A stretch of DNA of 49,521 nt from Alphaproteobacteria bacterium (GTDB lineage Bacteria; Pseudomonadota; Alphaproteobacteria; CAAHEQ01; UBA3637), in NCBI GenBank assembly GCA_017457425.1, contig JAFTHM010000055.1, forward strand, positions 1 through 49,521, in the 5' to 3' direction. The notes below the pieces were generated by a model. It did not search any database and was not told the origin of the DNA. It was given only the letters and a program-made list of their open reading frames with translations. Position numbers and translations under genes: made by a program. Below are positions 8,049 to 17,782 of this stretch, piece after piece (position 1 is the first letter of the stretch; the number at the start of each line of letters is the position of its first letter).

Positions 8049-11000
8049 CTAAATTCCCCCTAATGTTTTTAATTCAAATTTAACCATGAATGACGTTTCC
8101 CCTGTGTAATCACGGTCTTGAGTAAATTCTTTGTTTAAATCAAAAATAACGGCCAAACATTCATTATCATATCTCAAAATAGCTCCCGCCTCAACCGGAC
8201 CGCCGTTTTCAGCTAAATCATACCGATATAAACCGGATAACGACCACTGACGAGATAATCTGGATGAACCGAACAGTAAAATTTCTTCACGAGACGGATA
8301 AAAATTATTCCCAATCCATGTGTCTTTTAAATAAACATAATCAACACCTAATCTCAACGGATCGCCTCCACCCGTTAAAGTAATTTCATTTTTCTTCGGT
8401 GTTAATTTGTTTTCATCTAACCGAAACCGATAAGCCAATGAGATGTTCTTATAATCAATACTCATCCGACCAACATAATCGGAAAAGTTTTTGTCATCCC
8501 CCAATAAATTACCCATAACATCATCACGTTTAAAGCGATAAGATTGACCAAACAGTGTTGAAAATGCAGTGTTATGATTTGTGTAAACAGACCACTCAGC
8601 CCCATAATTCAACCGAGTACCCACCTCAACCCGATCATATCCCGAGAACCGATTGCGAGAAAATAAATTTGAATCATCAAAATCAAATACCAAACTGTCC
8701 ATATCCGGTATTTTATCGGCGTTTATATCTCTGTTAGGAGTCATTACCGCCATTACAATTGGCTTAAAAACTTGAGTGGTATTTGTCGTCGCCATTCCTA
8801 TCGGATAACTGGCCTCAACAGACAAATTCGGATAAACTCGTCCGGTTGTATAAGTATCATCAAGGCGGCGCATATTAAACCCATATCGGCCGGTGTCAAT
8901 ATTATATCCATCAAACCGAACAGTTCCTATAATATCATAAACAGCTCCGTAAGAACTGACATAAGGCAAATGGAATCCTTGCGTTAAAGATAATCTGTCT
9001 GATTTAAACCGTTCACGATTATGAATAATGGCACTGTTGACTTCGGTAAAGGCATACAATCCATTTGTCATTAACGGCATTGTTTGATAATTCATTTGCA
9101 ATTTCGGAATGATAATCGGCTGACTGCGAGAACTGATACCCGCCCGTAAACTTTGGAAAGACAAGCCCATTAAATTAACATAATTACGATTGCCAAATCG
9201 TTCGGCGGCAATATGAGAGGTTAAATACGATTGATTGTCATCAATACCAGAAATTTTATATTTTCTGAAATAGGTATCACTGGATGAGCGAAACAACTTA
9301 CCATTTAAACGCCAATTGTCATTTACATCATACTCAAAGTTGGCTTTAATATGCCCTTGGTAATCTTTTTTATCATCATCATCTTTTGTTCCGCTGAGTT
9401 GTAAATTAACGGCTCCTCGTTTAAATACCCCTTGATAATCGGCGACAACCAATGGTAAATGAGACACAGAAATGGTTGGTGTAATTAACAAATTTTGATT
9501 ATCTGCCACATCAATAAATAATGGTAGTTCTATCCCATTACCCATTGTGGAAGAATGGGCCAAAGACGGGGATAATAATCCCGTTTTACGTTTAACTGTA
9601 TGATCCGGCGTTCTTAAATACGGGAAATAAAAAACGGGAATATCTTTTACATCCAAAAATGAATGCGTAAAACTGATTGTTTTATCATTTTTATCGTGTT
9701 TCATACGATTGGCACGCAATTGCCACAGAGGTGATTTTCCCTGACATCTTTCACAGGGCGTATAGGTTAATTGACGCAAATACAAAACCGTTCCGTTTTG
9801 TGTCCGTTTCATAGACTCAGCCGCCACATATGTTCCGTCAATAATCTGCAAGGAAATTTGCTGTGCCACTGCATTTTTAAGACCATCACTGAGTTCGGCA
9901 TTTTGAACTGTCGTAACCGTTCCGTCCGGCGATGTCATTATGGCTTCATGTGGAATATGGGACGTTCCCTTAGTCCGATTAAACACTAATTTGTCCGTTT
10001 TTAAAACTGTCCCATTTTGTTCAATGATAACATTACCAAGAGCCGTCATTTCATTTTTGTTTTTATTGTATTCAATGGCATCGGCTTCAAAATTAACAGG
10101 CGCATCTTTATCCACATTCAATTCAATCGGAGCCGCCATAACAGATCCACTTAACAATAAAGCACCGATAAAGGCTCCGATTTTAAAAGACCCAATCTTA
10201 AATTTTTTACCCTTTAACAAAATCAAATATACAACCACAATCGGCACCAAGACATTTAAAACCATTAACGGCATTAACCATAAATTTTTGGCCGTCATAT
10301 TTTCAAAAGCCAAAGCCAAAGATTGTACAACTAATGTTGCCATGACAACCATATTAACCTGTCCCACTTGTCCCCGACGATTGTAATAACCGGCCAACAC
10401 ACCAAACATAGCCAAAAACACAAAAGATACATTATACAACGGTTGCAACAAACGCTTCATGGCTTCTACCTTAAATTTACGATATCTGGACACAGATCCC
10501 GCTTCGGTTTCAGAGGCCTTTAACAATTGTCCCAGCGAATATTCCCGCACATCATTTGTGCGAGTTGCCTTTTTAGACTCATCCCCAAAGCTCATCGTAT
10601 ATTTGTCAAATTTTAAAACAGAAAATTGTTTTGTTTGTCTGTCAAATTCCTGACGCATCCCATTTTCAAATTGAACCTGCGTTTCATATTCCCCTTGGAA
10701 TACCACTCCTTGCTCGGCAATTAACGAAGCGGGTCGTCCAGAATCCTTGGTATCATACACAATCACACCCTTTAATACGCCATCGGTTAATCTTTCACGA
10801 ATATAAATCGTTAAATTTTTAAAGGAATTAAACTGGCCGTCTTGCAACATCACATGAGATAAATTATTTTTAATTTGCCATTTCATTTCACGCATTTGTG
10901 TATTAGCATACGGTACAACAAACAAAGAAAAGGCATATCCCAATACCACCAAAATACCAGCCAAAATAAGTGGCGCCCGCATAATTTGACCATTATCCAT

Positions 11001-11279
11001 ACCCACCGCTTTCATAACCATCAATTCTTTATCCGATTGCATACGAGTATACACAAATAATGTTACGGCAAACAACGCCAAAGGCGATAAGATTTGCACA
11101 AAATTCGGCAAAACCAATAAAGTCATTTTAACAAATACACCAACCGAAACCCCTTTGGTAACAATCATATCAATCATTTTAAGAGATTGCGTCAACCACA
11201 CCAATGTGGTCATGCTGACCAACACCAATGTAAAACCGACAAGCAGTTGTTTTAATATGTATTTATTTAAAATTTTCAT
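8049..11279 (-). CDS. lptD: Single uninterrupted frame encoding an LptF/LptG-family permease (first ~360 aa) joined to LPS-assembly protein LptD (OstA; last ~700 aa)
   Basis: The N-terminal part is YjgP/YjgQ-like (MKILNKYILKQLL..., six hydrophobic segments). It is followed by KIGAFIGALLLSGSVMA/AP, which looks like an internal signal peptide, then an OstA N-terminal domain and beta-barrel region. No stop codon separates the parts. Start taken at the ATG at 11279 to avoid overlap with xerD. Confidence 0.7.
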   Translation of the reverse strand: MKILNKYILKQLLVGFTLVLVSMTTLVWLTQSLKMIDMIVTKGVSVGVFVKMTLLVLPNFVQILSPLALFAVTLFVYTRMQSDKELMVMKAVGMDNGQIMRAPLILAGILVVLGYAFSLFVVPYANTQMREMKWQIKNNLSHVMLQDGQFNSFKNLTIYIRERLTDGVLKGVIVYDTKDSGRPASLIAEQGVVFQGEYETQVQFENGMRQEFDRQTKQFSVLKFDKYTMSFGDESKKATRTNDVREYSLGQLLKASETEAGSVSRYRKFKVEAMKRLLQPLYNVSFVFLAMFGVLAGYYNRRGQVGQVNMVVMATLVVQSLALAFENMTAKNLWLMPLMVLNVLVPIVVVYLILLKGKKFKIGSFKIGAFIGALLLSGSVMAAPIELNVDKDAPVNFEADAIEYNKNKNEMTALGNVIIEQNGTVLKTDKLVFNRTKGTSHIPHEAIMTSPDGTVTTVQNAELSDGLKNAVAQQISLQIIDGTYVAAESMKRTQNGTVLYLRQLTYTPCERCQGKSPLWQLRANRMKHDKNDKTISFTHSFLDVKDIPVFYFPYLRTPDHTVKRKTGLLSPSLAHSSTMGNGIELPLFIDVADNQNLLITPTISVSHLPLVVADYQGVFKRGAVNLQLSGTKDDDDKKDYQGHIKANFEYDVNDNWRLNGKLFRSSSDTYFRKYKISGIDDNQSYLTSHIAAERFGNRNYVNLMGLSFQSLRAGISSRSQPIIIPKLQMNYQTMPLMTNGLYAFTEVNSAIIHNRERFKSDRLSLTQGFHLPYVSSYGAVYDIIGTVRFDGYNIDTGRYGFNMRRLDDTYTTGRVYPNLSVEASYPIGMATTNTTQVFKPIVMAVMTPNRDINADKIPDMDSLVFDFDDSNLFSRNRFSGYDRVEVGTRLNYGAEWSVYTNHNTAFSTLFGQSYRFKRDDVMGNLLGDDKNFSDYVGRMSIDYKNISLAYRFRLDENKLTPKKNEITLTGGGDPLRLGVDYVYLKDTWIGNNFYPSREEILLFGSSRLSRQWSLSGLYRYDLAENGGPVEAGAILRYDNECLAVIFDLNKEFTQDRDYTGETSFMVKFELKTLGGI

Positions 11280-11304
11280 GTTTTTGTGGTATTTTAATCC
11301 TTTT

Positions 11305-12201
11305 TTATTTACCACTATACGCCAAAGGATGAGATTTTTCAACTGTCTTTTTTAATCTATCCTCTAAAATATGCGTATAAATTTCCGTCGTAGCGATATC
11401 GGCATGACCTAACATTTTTTGAACAGAACGCAAATCGGCGTCATGTGCCACCAAATGCGACGCAAAGGAATGACGGAAAACGTGCGGAGAAACTTTCATC
11501 ACATCCACACGAGCTTTCAGCGCCGTTTTTTTCAGCTGATTAAAAAATGCCACTCTTGTTAAATGTCCTTCTTTGGATTTAGACGGAAATAACCATTTAC
11601 TGGGACGAGAAATAAAACATTCTCTGTGAATTAACCATTCTTCCAACGCTTCAGCGGCCGGTTCTCCCAATGGCACAATCCTTTCTTTTCGTCCCTTTCC
11701 AACAATCGTTATTGTTTTTTTATCTTCGGGAATAGCCGACAACGGCAATCCGACCAATTCGCTGACACGCATACCGGTTGCATATAAAATTTCAAGCAAT
11801 GCTTTTAGTCGTACATCTGATTTGGCCTCATTAATCAAATCGGCAATTTCACGTTCGGATAAATATTTCGGCAATGCCTTACCTATTTTGGGGGATACCA
11901 AATAATCTGCCGGATTTTTCTTTAGCATATCCTCTGAAAACAAATACCGATAAAATTCACGAATGGCCGCCAAACGACGTGCTTGAGTTTTTTCTGATAA
12001 TTTATTTTTGGAGGCCAATGTATGCATATATCCTTTTAGGTCATCATAACCAGCTTTAATCAACGATACATGGCGTGTTTTTAAATAAGCCTCTAAATCC
12101 AACAAATCACTTTCATATGCCACAACCGTTTTGGGACTAGCCCCTCGTTCAGCCACCATAATTTCTAAAAAAGCCGTAATGTGTTTACTGACTTGTTTCA
12201 T
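11305..12201 (-). CDS. xerD: Tyrosine site-specific recombinase XerD (XerC/XerD family)
   Basis: Core-binding and catalytic domains are present, with ATGMRVSEL, HVFRHSFASHL and LGHADIATTEIYTHI motifs (R..HxxR..Y). Housekeeping context; no flanking repeats seen. Confidence 0.8.
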   Translation of the reverse strand: MKQVSKHITAFLEIMVAERGASPKTVVAYESDLLDLEAYLKTRHVSLIKAGYDDLKGYMHTLASKNKLSEKTQARRLAAIREFYRYLFSEDMLKKNPADYLVSPKIGKALPKYLSEREIADLINEAKSDVRLKALLEILYATGMRVSELVGLPLSAIPEDKKTITIVGKGRKERIVPLGEPAAEALEEWLIHRECFISRPSKWLFPSKSKEGHLTRVAFFNQLKKTALKARVDVMKVSPHVFRHSFASHLVAHDADLRSVQKMLGHADIATTEIYTHILEDRLKKTVEKSHPLAYSGK

Positions 12202-13733
12202 GGATATACATACCGTTCTAAAATTAAGCGACGCATTAAAGATTTTGGCGCTATCTCAGACAATCCGGCAATTATGTTCGGTTCCACTCTCATATTTGAT
12301 TGCCATAATTTAATGGCATATAAGACAGCTTCCCCCGACCGAGAAGAGGATATTAATCCCTGCAAAGCCGTCTGCACTAAGGGTATATATCGTTTTGATG
12401 CCGCCATATGATTTAACACCTCTGTCCAATTGGTACTATCAGCTTCAGTTCCGATTTTATCCACAAAAGACGCACAATATGGATTTTTATTTTTCTGACA
12501 AAATGACAGGCCTTTGTCTATCTGTTTAGGCATTCCGCCACCTAATTGTTGCATTAACGGCTCTAAAAAGACTGCTTGCATTTTTGATGGGGCGTCCGTG
12601 CTTTTTTGTAAAATCTGATACCATGCATACGCTAAATCCGCATTATCCGATAACGCATATACCTGAACGGCATTAAAGGCCACTTCTTTTGTCGCTTCAG
12701 ACGGGGTAATTGTATCCAAAAAGGGACGCATAACAGGGGCCAACATCAAAAACAACCCATCGGTTCGGGCCGTTTCTAAATACTCATTTATCGTCCTGAA
12801 TATTGCGGTATCTTCTGTACCAGCCTTAATTTTTTGATACAGCTTTGCCCGCGAAACAGCCTTATTTTCTAAAGTATCATCCTTAACTTGCCCATATAAA
12901 TCATCTAACCGATTTACGTGATTACGCTCGGCCATTTCTAACCGAATATGTAAGGGGACGGACGGTAAATCAGATAACATTTTTTGATAGGCAATCGGTA
13001 CCATTATTTTAGACCAATCCACATGATTACCAAGCGCCCCAAGCAACGGCAAATGACGTATTTTTATATTTTTACCGTCAAACACCACTTCATTATTCGC
13101 AAATAATTTTTGAGCCAAAATCTGAGTCGTTTCATCCAATTCATTATTTTCCAAGCGGGTTGCAAAAATAAGTTCGGCCCCTGTTTTATCACCGTTTGCC
13201 ACTGCACAACTTAAGCGCATATCCTCGGCCATTTGTGTTAATTCCGGCGTTTTAATCATAAACTCACAGGCTTGTTTAGCTTGGCCGGATAAAAATAAAG
13301 CCAATGCTTTTAATTTCAAAACATCTGGCGTTTGATGCGTGGGAGGAACCAAATTTGCCAATGTCAAAACGTCATCAAATCGCCCTAACCTCATCAACAC
13401 GTCCATACGAAACGTCAGTGGCAACGCCTCCTCAGGTGAGGTTTGCCTGAGCGTCATTTGCCCAATTATATCACGCATTGCTGGGGTTAAAGGGGCTTGA
13501 ATAATATCCTTAATTAACGTTTTCAAGGACTCTGTATTACTCTTTCCCCAAATAGTTGCCGGAACATAATTGTGGGTGCCTAAATGATTAATCCCCAAAG
13601 TCGGTAAGTTTTGTATATGAACAGAAGGCAGTAAACTTTCCGCCATAACACCACCAGAAAACAAAGCCCCAAAAAGCGCCACAAAAATATGGCTTTTATT
13701 TATTAACGGCATTCGGCACAATCTTTTCAACAT
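12198..13733 (-). CDS. Secreted protein of unknown function, 511 aa, helical-repeat-like
   Basis: Long ORF with a 4-nt overlap onto the xerD start. Signal-like IFVALFGALFSGGVMA. The true start may be the ATG at 13712 (MPLINK...). No family recognised. Confidence 0.65.
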   Translation of the reverse strand: MLKRLCRMPLINKSHIFVALFGALFSGGVMAESLLPSVHIQNLPTLGINHLGTHNYVPATIWGKSNTESLKTLIKDIIQAPLTPAMRDIIGQMTLRQTSPEEALPLTFRMDVLMRLGRFDDVLTLANLVPPTHQTPDVLKLKALALFLSGQAKQACEFMIKTPELTQMAEDMRLSCAVANGDKTGAELIFATRLENNELDETTQILAQKLFANNEVVFDGKNIKIRHLPLLGALGNHVDWSKIMVPIAYQKMLSDLPSVPLHIRLEMAERNHVNRLDDLYGQVKDDTLENKAVSRAKLYQKIKAGTEDTAIFRTINEYLETARTDGLFLMLAPVMRPFLDTITPSEATKEVAFNAVQVYALSDNADLAYAWYQILQKSTDAPSKMQAVFLEPLMQQLGGGMPKQIDKGLSFCQKNKNPYCASFVDKIGTEADSTNWTEVLNHMAASKRYIPLVQTALQGLISSSRSGEAVLYAIKLWQSNMRVEPNIIAGLSEIAPKSLMRRLILERYVYP

Positions 13734-13848
13734 GGGTTATAGTCGGTTTTACATCGGCAATTGCAACATAAACCAAAAACACACCTAAAACAGCCAAAAT
13801 AATTTTCATCAAATAGTGTTTTTTTTCATATGAACCACGATATCTCAT
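13696..13848 (-). CDS. Possible 50-aa single-TM small protein
   Basis: ATG at 13848. Product MRYRGSYEKKHYLMKIILAVLGVFLVYVAIADVKPTITHVEKIVPNAVNK has one hydrophobic helix. Its stop overlaps the start region of the 511-aa ORF. Too short for the ORF track. Confidence 0.25.
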   Translation of the reverse strand: MRYRGSYEKKHYLMKIILAVLGVFLVYVAIADVKPTITHVEKIVPNAVNK

Positions 13849-13942
13849 TTTTTAAATCCTTTACCACTAGACAGATTAACAAAAAACTGTTATAATCATA
13901 CACATTACAACGAATAATGCACAGTGTCAAGAAAAACGGAAA

Positions 13943-14542
13943 ATGAGTAAGAATTTAACTGAACAAAAAATAATTTTGCTGGTTGGCATGATGGGGGTCG
14001 GAAAAACAAGTTTAGGACGCATTTTGGCCAAACATTTAAACTTGCCTTTTTTAGATAGCGATAAAGAAATTGAAAAAATCACCGGATTTACCATTTCGGA
14101 TTTATTTGCCCGATATGGCGAAGAAGAATTTCGCAAAGGCGAAGAACGCATTATGGAACGCTTGCTAAAAGGTAAACCATGCGTTTTATCGTCCGGTGGT
14201 GGCGCTTTTTTATCCGAAAAAACACGAGAAGTTGCTAAAAAATATGCGGTTTCAGTGTGGATAAAAGCGGGGTCAGATGTAATATCCAAACGCACCCAAG
14301 GACGCACACACCGCCCCTTAGTGCCGGCAGCCGATAATAAAAAGGCCATTGAACGATTGGTCAGCGAATGTTATCCACTGTATGAAAAAGCCGACATTAT
14401 GGTAGAATCGTTTCAAGAACATCCCTATAAAACGGTCAACAGATTGCTGACACTATTACAAGAAAAAGAAATTTTAACCGGCGTTCGTCCGATTATGCGT
14501 CCTCGCAAAAAATATCATAAAAAGGAACCAACCCAAAAATGA
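13943..14542 (+). CDS. aroK: Shikimate kinase
   Basis: Walker A GMMGVGKTSLGR, then LDSD..IE and FR..E motifs and a basic C-terminal extension. ATGA overlap with the next gene. Confidence 0.85.
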   Translation: MSKNLTEQKIILLVGMMGVGKTSLGRILAKHLNLPFLDSDKEIEKITGFTISDLFARYGEEEFRKGEERIMERLLKGKPCVLSSGGGAFLSEKTREVAKKYAVSVWIKAGSDVISKRTQGRTHRPLVPAADNKKAIERLVSECYPLYEKADIMVESFQEHPYKTVNRLLTLLQEKEILTGVRPIMRPRKKYHKKEPTQK

Positions 14543-15798
14543 CATCATATATATTATTATTTATTTTGCTGTGTTTATCATTTTTCTTTTCCGGAACAGA
14601 AACTGCTGTAACGGCGGCTTCTATGCCACTATTGCATGAAAAGGAAAAACAAGGCAGCAAACGGGCCAAAAAACTCAATAAAATGAAAAAAGATTCTGCC
14701 CGTCTTATCAGTACCCTCTTATTCGGAAACAATGTAGTTAATATTGCCATTACGGCTATTTCAACCGCTATTTGCATTGATATTTTCGGTGAATCTATCG
14801 GGGTATTGGTTGCCACATTCGGCGTCAGTTTTATGGTGTTAATTTTTTCCGAAATCTTACCCAAAACATACGCCATGAATAACGCCACCGAATTTGCCTT
14901 AGCCGTAACACCCGCCTTAAAAGCATTCGTTGTTATTCTGTCTCCGTTTGTAACGGCTTTAAACTGGATAGCAAAAATCATTATGAAGATTTTACGTATG
15001 AAACCAGCAAAAGTCGCAACTGAGGCCGAAATCAAAGCCGAAATTCGCGGTGCCATTACCATGCAAGACGGCGACGTTATGAATCAAGAACGCTATATGA
15101 TGAAATCCGTTTTAGACTTAAGCGAGGTAACCGTCGGCGATATTATGGAACACCGCAGTCAAATGGTGTCTTTAAATGCCAATTTACCGTTTGAAGAAAT
15201 CGTGGAATTTGTCAGTCGTTCTCCGTTCAGCCGTATTCCGCTGTGGTCCGGCAAACGTGATAACATTATCGGCATTTTGTATTCAAAAGCCTTGTTAAAA
15301 ATGATGCGCACCTATTATGTGAACGGCAAAAAAATTAATATTAAAAACTACCTGACAAAACCATGGTTCGTATTAAATACTACAACATTGTTAGACCAAT
15401 TACACGCCTTTAAAAGACGACGTGAACACTTTGCCATTGTGGTAGATGAATATGGTGCCGTACAAGGTCTTGTCACATTAGAGGATTTATTGGAAGAAAT
15501 CGTCGGTGATATTTCCGATGAAACAGATACACCGGCTCAATCCACTTTACAGGTTGTCAAAACAGAATCCGGTTCGGTACGGATTGATGGTAATGCCAGC
15601 ATTCGGGACATTAACCGCCACTTTAAATGGGAAATTCCTGATGAAAATGCATCCACCATTGCCGGATATATTATGTATGAAACCGAACGCATCCCAAATG
15701 TGGGGCAATCGTTTGTGATTAACGGTTTTACATTTACCATTATCGGAAAAGAACGCAATCACATTACATGCATAGATATTATACCGCCGGCCATTTAA
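14539..15798 (+). CDS. tlyC: CNNM/TlyC-family membrane protein (DUF21 TM domain, CBS pair, CorC/HlyC C-terminal domain)
   Basis: N-terminal TM helices, a central CBS pair and a C-terminal CorC_HlyC-like segment (VDEYGAVQGLVTLEDLLEEIVG). Confidence 0.8.
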   Translation: MTSYILLFILLCLSFFFSGTETAVTAASMPLLHEKEKQGSKRAKKLNKMKKDSARLISTLLFGNNVVNIAITAISTAICIDIFGESIGVLVATFGVSFMVLIFSEILPKTYAMNNATEFALAVTPALKAFVVILSPFVTALNWIAKIIMKILRMKPAKVATEAEIKAEIRGAITMQDGDVMNQERYMMKSVLDLSEVTVGDIMEHRSQMVSLNANLPFEEIVEFVSRSPFSRIPLWSGKRDNIIGILYSKALLKMMRTYYVNGKKINIKNYLTKPWFVLNTTTLLDQLHAFKRRREHFAIVVDEYGAVQGLVTLEDLLEEIVGDISDETDTPAQSTLQVVKTESGSVRIDGNASIRDINRHFKWEIPDENASTIAGYIMYETERIPNVGQSFVINGFTFTIIGKERNHITCIDIIPPAI

Positions 15799-15878
15799 AA
15801 ATTTTCTTGCAAAATCATATAAAAAAGAGTATGGTACGGAACATATATTTTTATACATAATAGAAAGGCACTTCCCCC

Positions 15879-16643
15879 GTGTTAAAAAAATTCTTTGCTT
15901 TAATTATTGGCATTGTGCTATGCCCTTGTTGTGTTTTTGCCCAATATGCCCAAGATTGGGATATGCGTGTACGATTAGTGGACACGACACCTACCGTTTA
16001 TGAACGCCCCTATTCTTTAGATGAAAACTATATTGATAAAAAAATGTTAGGACGCAATACTGCTGTGTTATTTGGGACAGGGATTGCCACTATGGGATTT
16101 TTATATATGATGCCGACCAGTTTTACCAACTGGGAAGATGATGACGAAGGTCCATTTGAAAAATGGTGGGATAATGTCTCCCGTGAGCCGGTATGGGATA
16201 GTGATGATTTATTTTTAAATTATGTAACCCATCCTTATGCCGGCGCCATTTATTATATGGGGGCCAGATCTGCCGGAGCCAATGCGATGACCTCCTTTTG
16301 GTATTCTTTCGCTCTGTCCACATTCTTTTGGGAATATGGGATAGAATCTTTTGCCGAACGCCCCTCTATTCAAGATTTAATCGTTACACCGGTTGCGGGT
16401 GCCTTTATCGGCGAATGGTTCTATAAAGTAAAACGAGGCATTGTGGAAAACGACGGATATCTCGGCGATTCAAAAGCATGGGGAACATTTGCTTTATGGG
16501 CGATGGATCCGATTACCGAGGCCGGAAACTTAATTTGGGGAGATGACAAACCGATTAATGACAGTTTTTCATTTTCATCGCAACCCACCATCACACCTAC
16601 CGGCCGTTTAGGCTATGGCATGCGTTTAAATTTTGCATTTTAA
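15879..16643 (+). CDS. Secreted/membrane-associated protein of unknown function (resembles DUF3943 from memory; unverified)
   Basis: GTG start. Signal-like LKKFFALIIGIVLCPCCVFA. Aromatic-rich (W/Y/F) body containing HPYAGAIYYMGARSAG. Confidence 0.55.
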   Translation: MLKKFFALIIGIVLCPCCVFAQYAQDWDMRVRLVDTTPTVYERPYSLDENYIDKKMLGRNTAVLFGTGIATMGFLYMMPTSFTNWEDDDEGPFEKWWDNVSREPVWDSDDLFLNYVTHPYAGAIYYMGARSAGANAMTSFWYSFALSTFFWEYGIESFAERPSIQDLIVTPVAGAFIGEWFYKVKRGIVENDGYLGDSKAWGTFALWAMDPITEAGNLIWGDDKPINDSFSFSSQPTITPTGRLGYGMRLNFAF

Positions 16644-16649
16644 TACAAA

Positions 16650-16677
16650 AAAAAGAGAGTTTTTACTCTCTTTTTTT
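16650..16677. terminator. Bidirectional intrinsic terminator between convergent genes
   Basis: AAAAGAGAGT-TTTT-ACTCTCTTTTTTT: a 7-bp stem flanked by an A-run and a T-run. Confidence 0.6.
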
Positions 16678-17782
16678 ACCGAAACACAAACTTTTTTTGT
16701 AATGCTGGTTTCCAAAAATCATCCGTAAAAATATCATCCAATGTTTTAAAAAATTGTTCTCGGTAATTTTCATGAGAAATCGCTGATTGATTTTGTGGTA
16801 AATCCGATAAAATTTTAGAAATCTCACCCAAATCATCTACATGATGAAACGTCGGCAAATCCAAATGTGTATAACGATTTTGTTGACGTATGCCGATATC
16901 TATCACATTAACCCCTAGCACAGGGGCTTCTTTCACACCACAAGAACTATTGCCAATTAAAACATCGGCGCCCTTTAATAAATGTTGGAAAGCACTAAAT
17001 GGCACCGATTTAAAAAATTGAAATTTTGGATTATTCTGGTACGGTTCATAAACGTCTAAAATCACCTGATGATTTAAATCATTATTCGGTAATACAACAA
17101 TATATGAACGGGTATCCTTTTCCAGCATCTGCATAATTTGAGAAATTTCACCATGAATGGTGTCGGATGATACTGTTGTCGTCGGATGATAAACCAAAAT
17201 ACCGTAATTATCGGATACGGGTGGGATATTATCCATTTTTTCTGTCGGTAAATTTGCCAAACTGGACGTTCCGACAATATGAATATTCCCTTCTTCTTCT
17301 CCCATTTGCATCAGTAATGATTTTGCCCGCTCATCCGCCACAAAAAAACGATGAGCCAGTTTGGAAATCGCATGACGCAAAGAATCATCAATACTGCCAC
17401 TTAAATCACCGGCCTCAATATGACACACCGGTACATTGTTTAAAACGGCCGCTAAAGCTCCGGCCATCGCTTCAGACCTATCGCCATGGATAAATACAAA
17501 ATCAATGTTGTCATCTTTTAAATGGGCACTGTAAGATTTGATAATATGAGCCGTTTCATCTGCCGTAGTACTTTCTTGCAATTCATTATCTATGACAATA
17601 TGACACCTATCTGCAAAATCGGTCTCAATTTCTTTATGTGTATTACCATATTTACTTTGCACTTGCATACCAGTCAAAAACAAATGAATTTTTATGTCCT
17701 GTCTTTGCAACAAATATTCCACATACGGTTTAATTTTTCCATAATCCGCACGAGTACCAGATAAAAAAGATACATTTATCAT
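16676..17782 (-). CDS. neuC: UDP-N-acetylglucosamine 2-epimerase (hydrolysing), NeuC family
   Basis: GTRADYGK and HGDRSEAMAGALAA...CHIEAGDLSGSIDDSLRHAISKLAH motifs. The ATG at 17782 forms an ATGA overlap with the neuB stop. Confidence 0.8.
   Translation of the reverse strand: MINVSFLSGTRADYGKIKPYVEYLLQRQDIKIHLFLTGMQVQSKYGNTHKEIETDFADRCHIVIDNELQESTTADETAHIIKSYSAHLKDDNIDFVFIHGDRSEAMAGALAAVLNNVPVCHIEAGDLSGSIDDSLRHAISKLAHRFFVADERAKSLLMQMGEEEGNIHIVGTSSLANLPTEKMDNIPPVSDNYGILVYHPTTTVSSDTIHGEISQIMQMLEKDTRSYIVVLPNNDLNHQVILDVYEPYQNNPKFQFFKSVPFSAFQHLLKGADVLIGNSSCGVKEAPVLGVNVIDIGIRQQNRYTHLDLPTFHHVDDLGEISKILSDLPQNQSAISHENYREQFFKTLDDIFTDDFWKPALQKKFVFR

Noticed and set aside
9940-10386. The 148-aa plus-strand ORF opposite the lptG/lptD junction, and other 60-130 aa ORFs antisense to pnp, infB, nusA, ftsK and others.
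   Set aside because: All lie wholly inside well-supported genes on the other strand and show no motifs or start signals. They are treated as frame shadows.
8049-11342. The extended N-terminus (MKNLILWRIVVNKKGLKYHKN...) of the track ORF for the lptG-lptD frame.
   Set aside because: It would overlap the xerD 3' end by 38 nt. The LptF/G family consensus starts at MKILNKYILKQ, so the ATG at 11279 is preferred.
11305-12201. The tyrosine recombinase as a marker of an integrated mobile element or prophage.
   Set aside because: The sequence is XerD-like. It is embedded in housekeeping genes, overlaps its neighbour by 4 nt, and has no flanking direct repeats, tRNA target or phage genes.
13927-15062. 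Antisense ORFs of 140 aa (13927..14349) and 189 aa (14493..15062) opposite aroK and tlyC.
   Set aside because: The sense-strand genes have clear family motifs. The antisense ORFs lack SD sequences and have chance-ORF composition.
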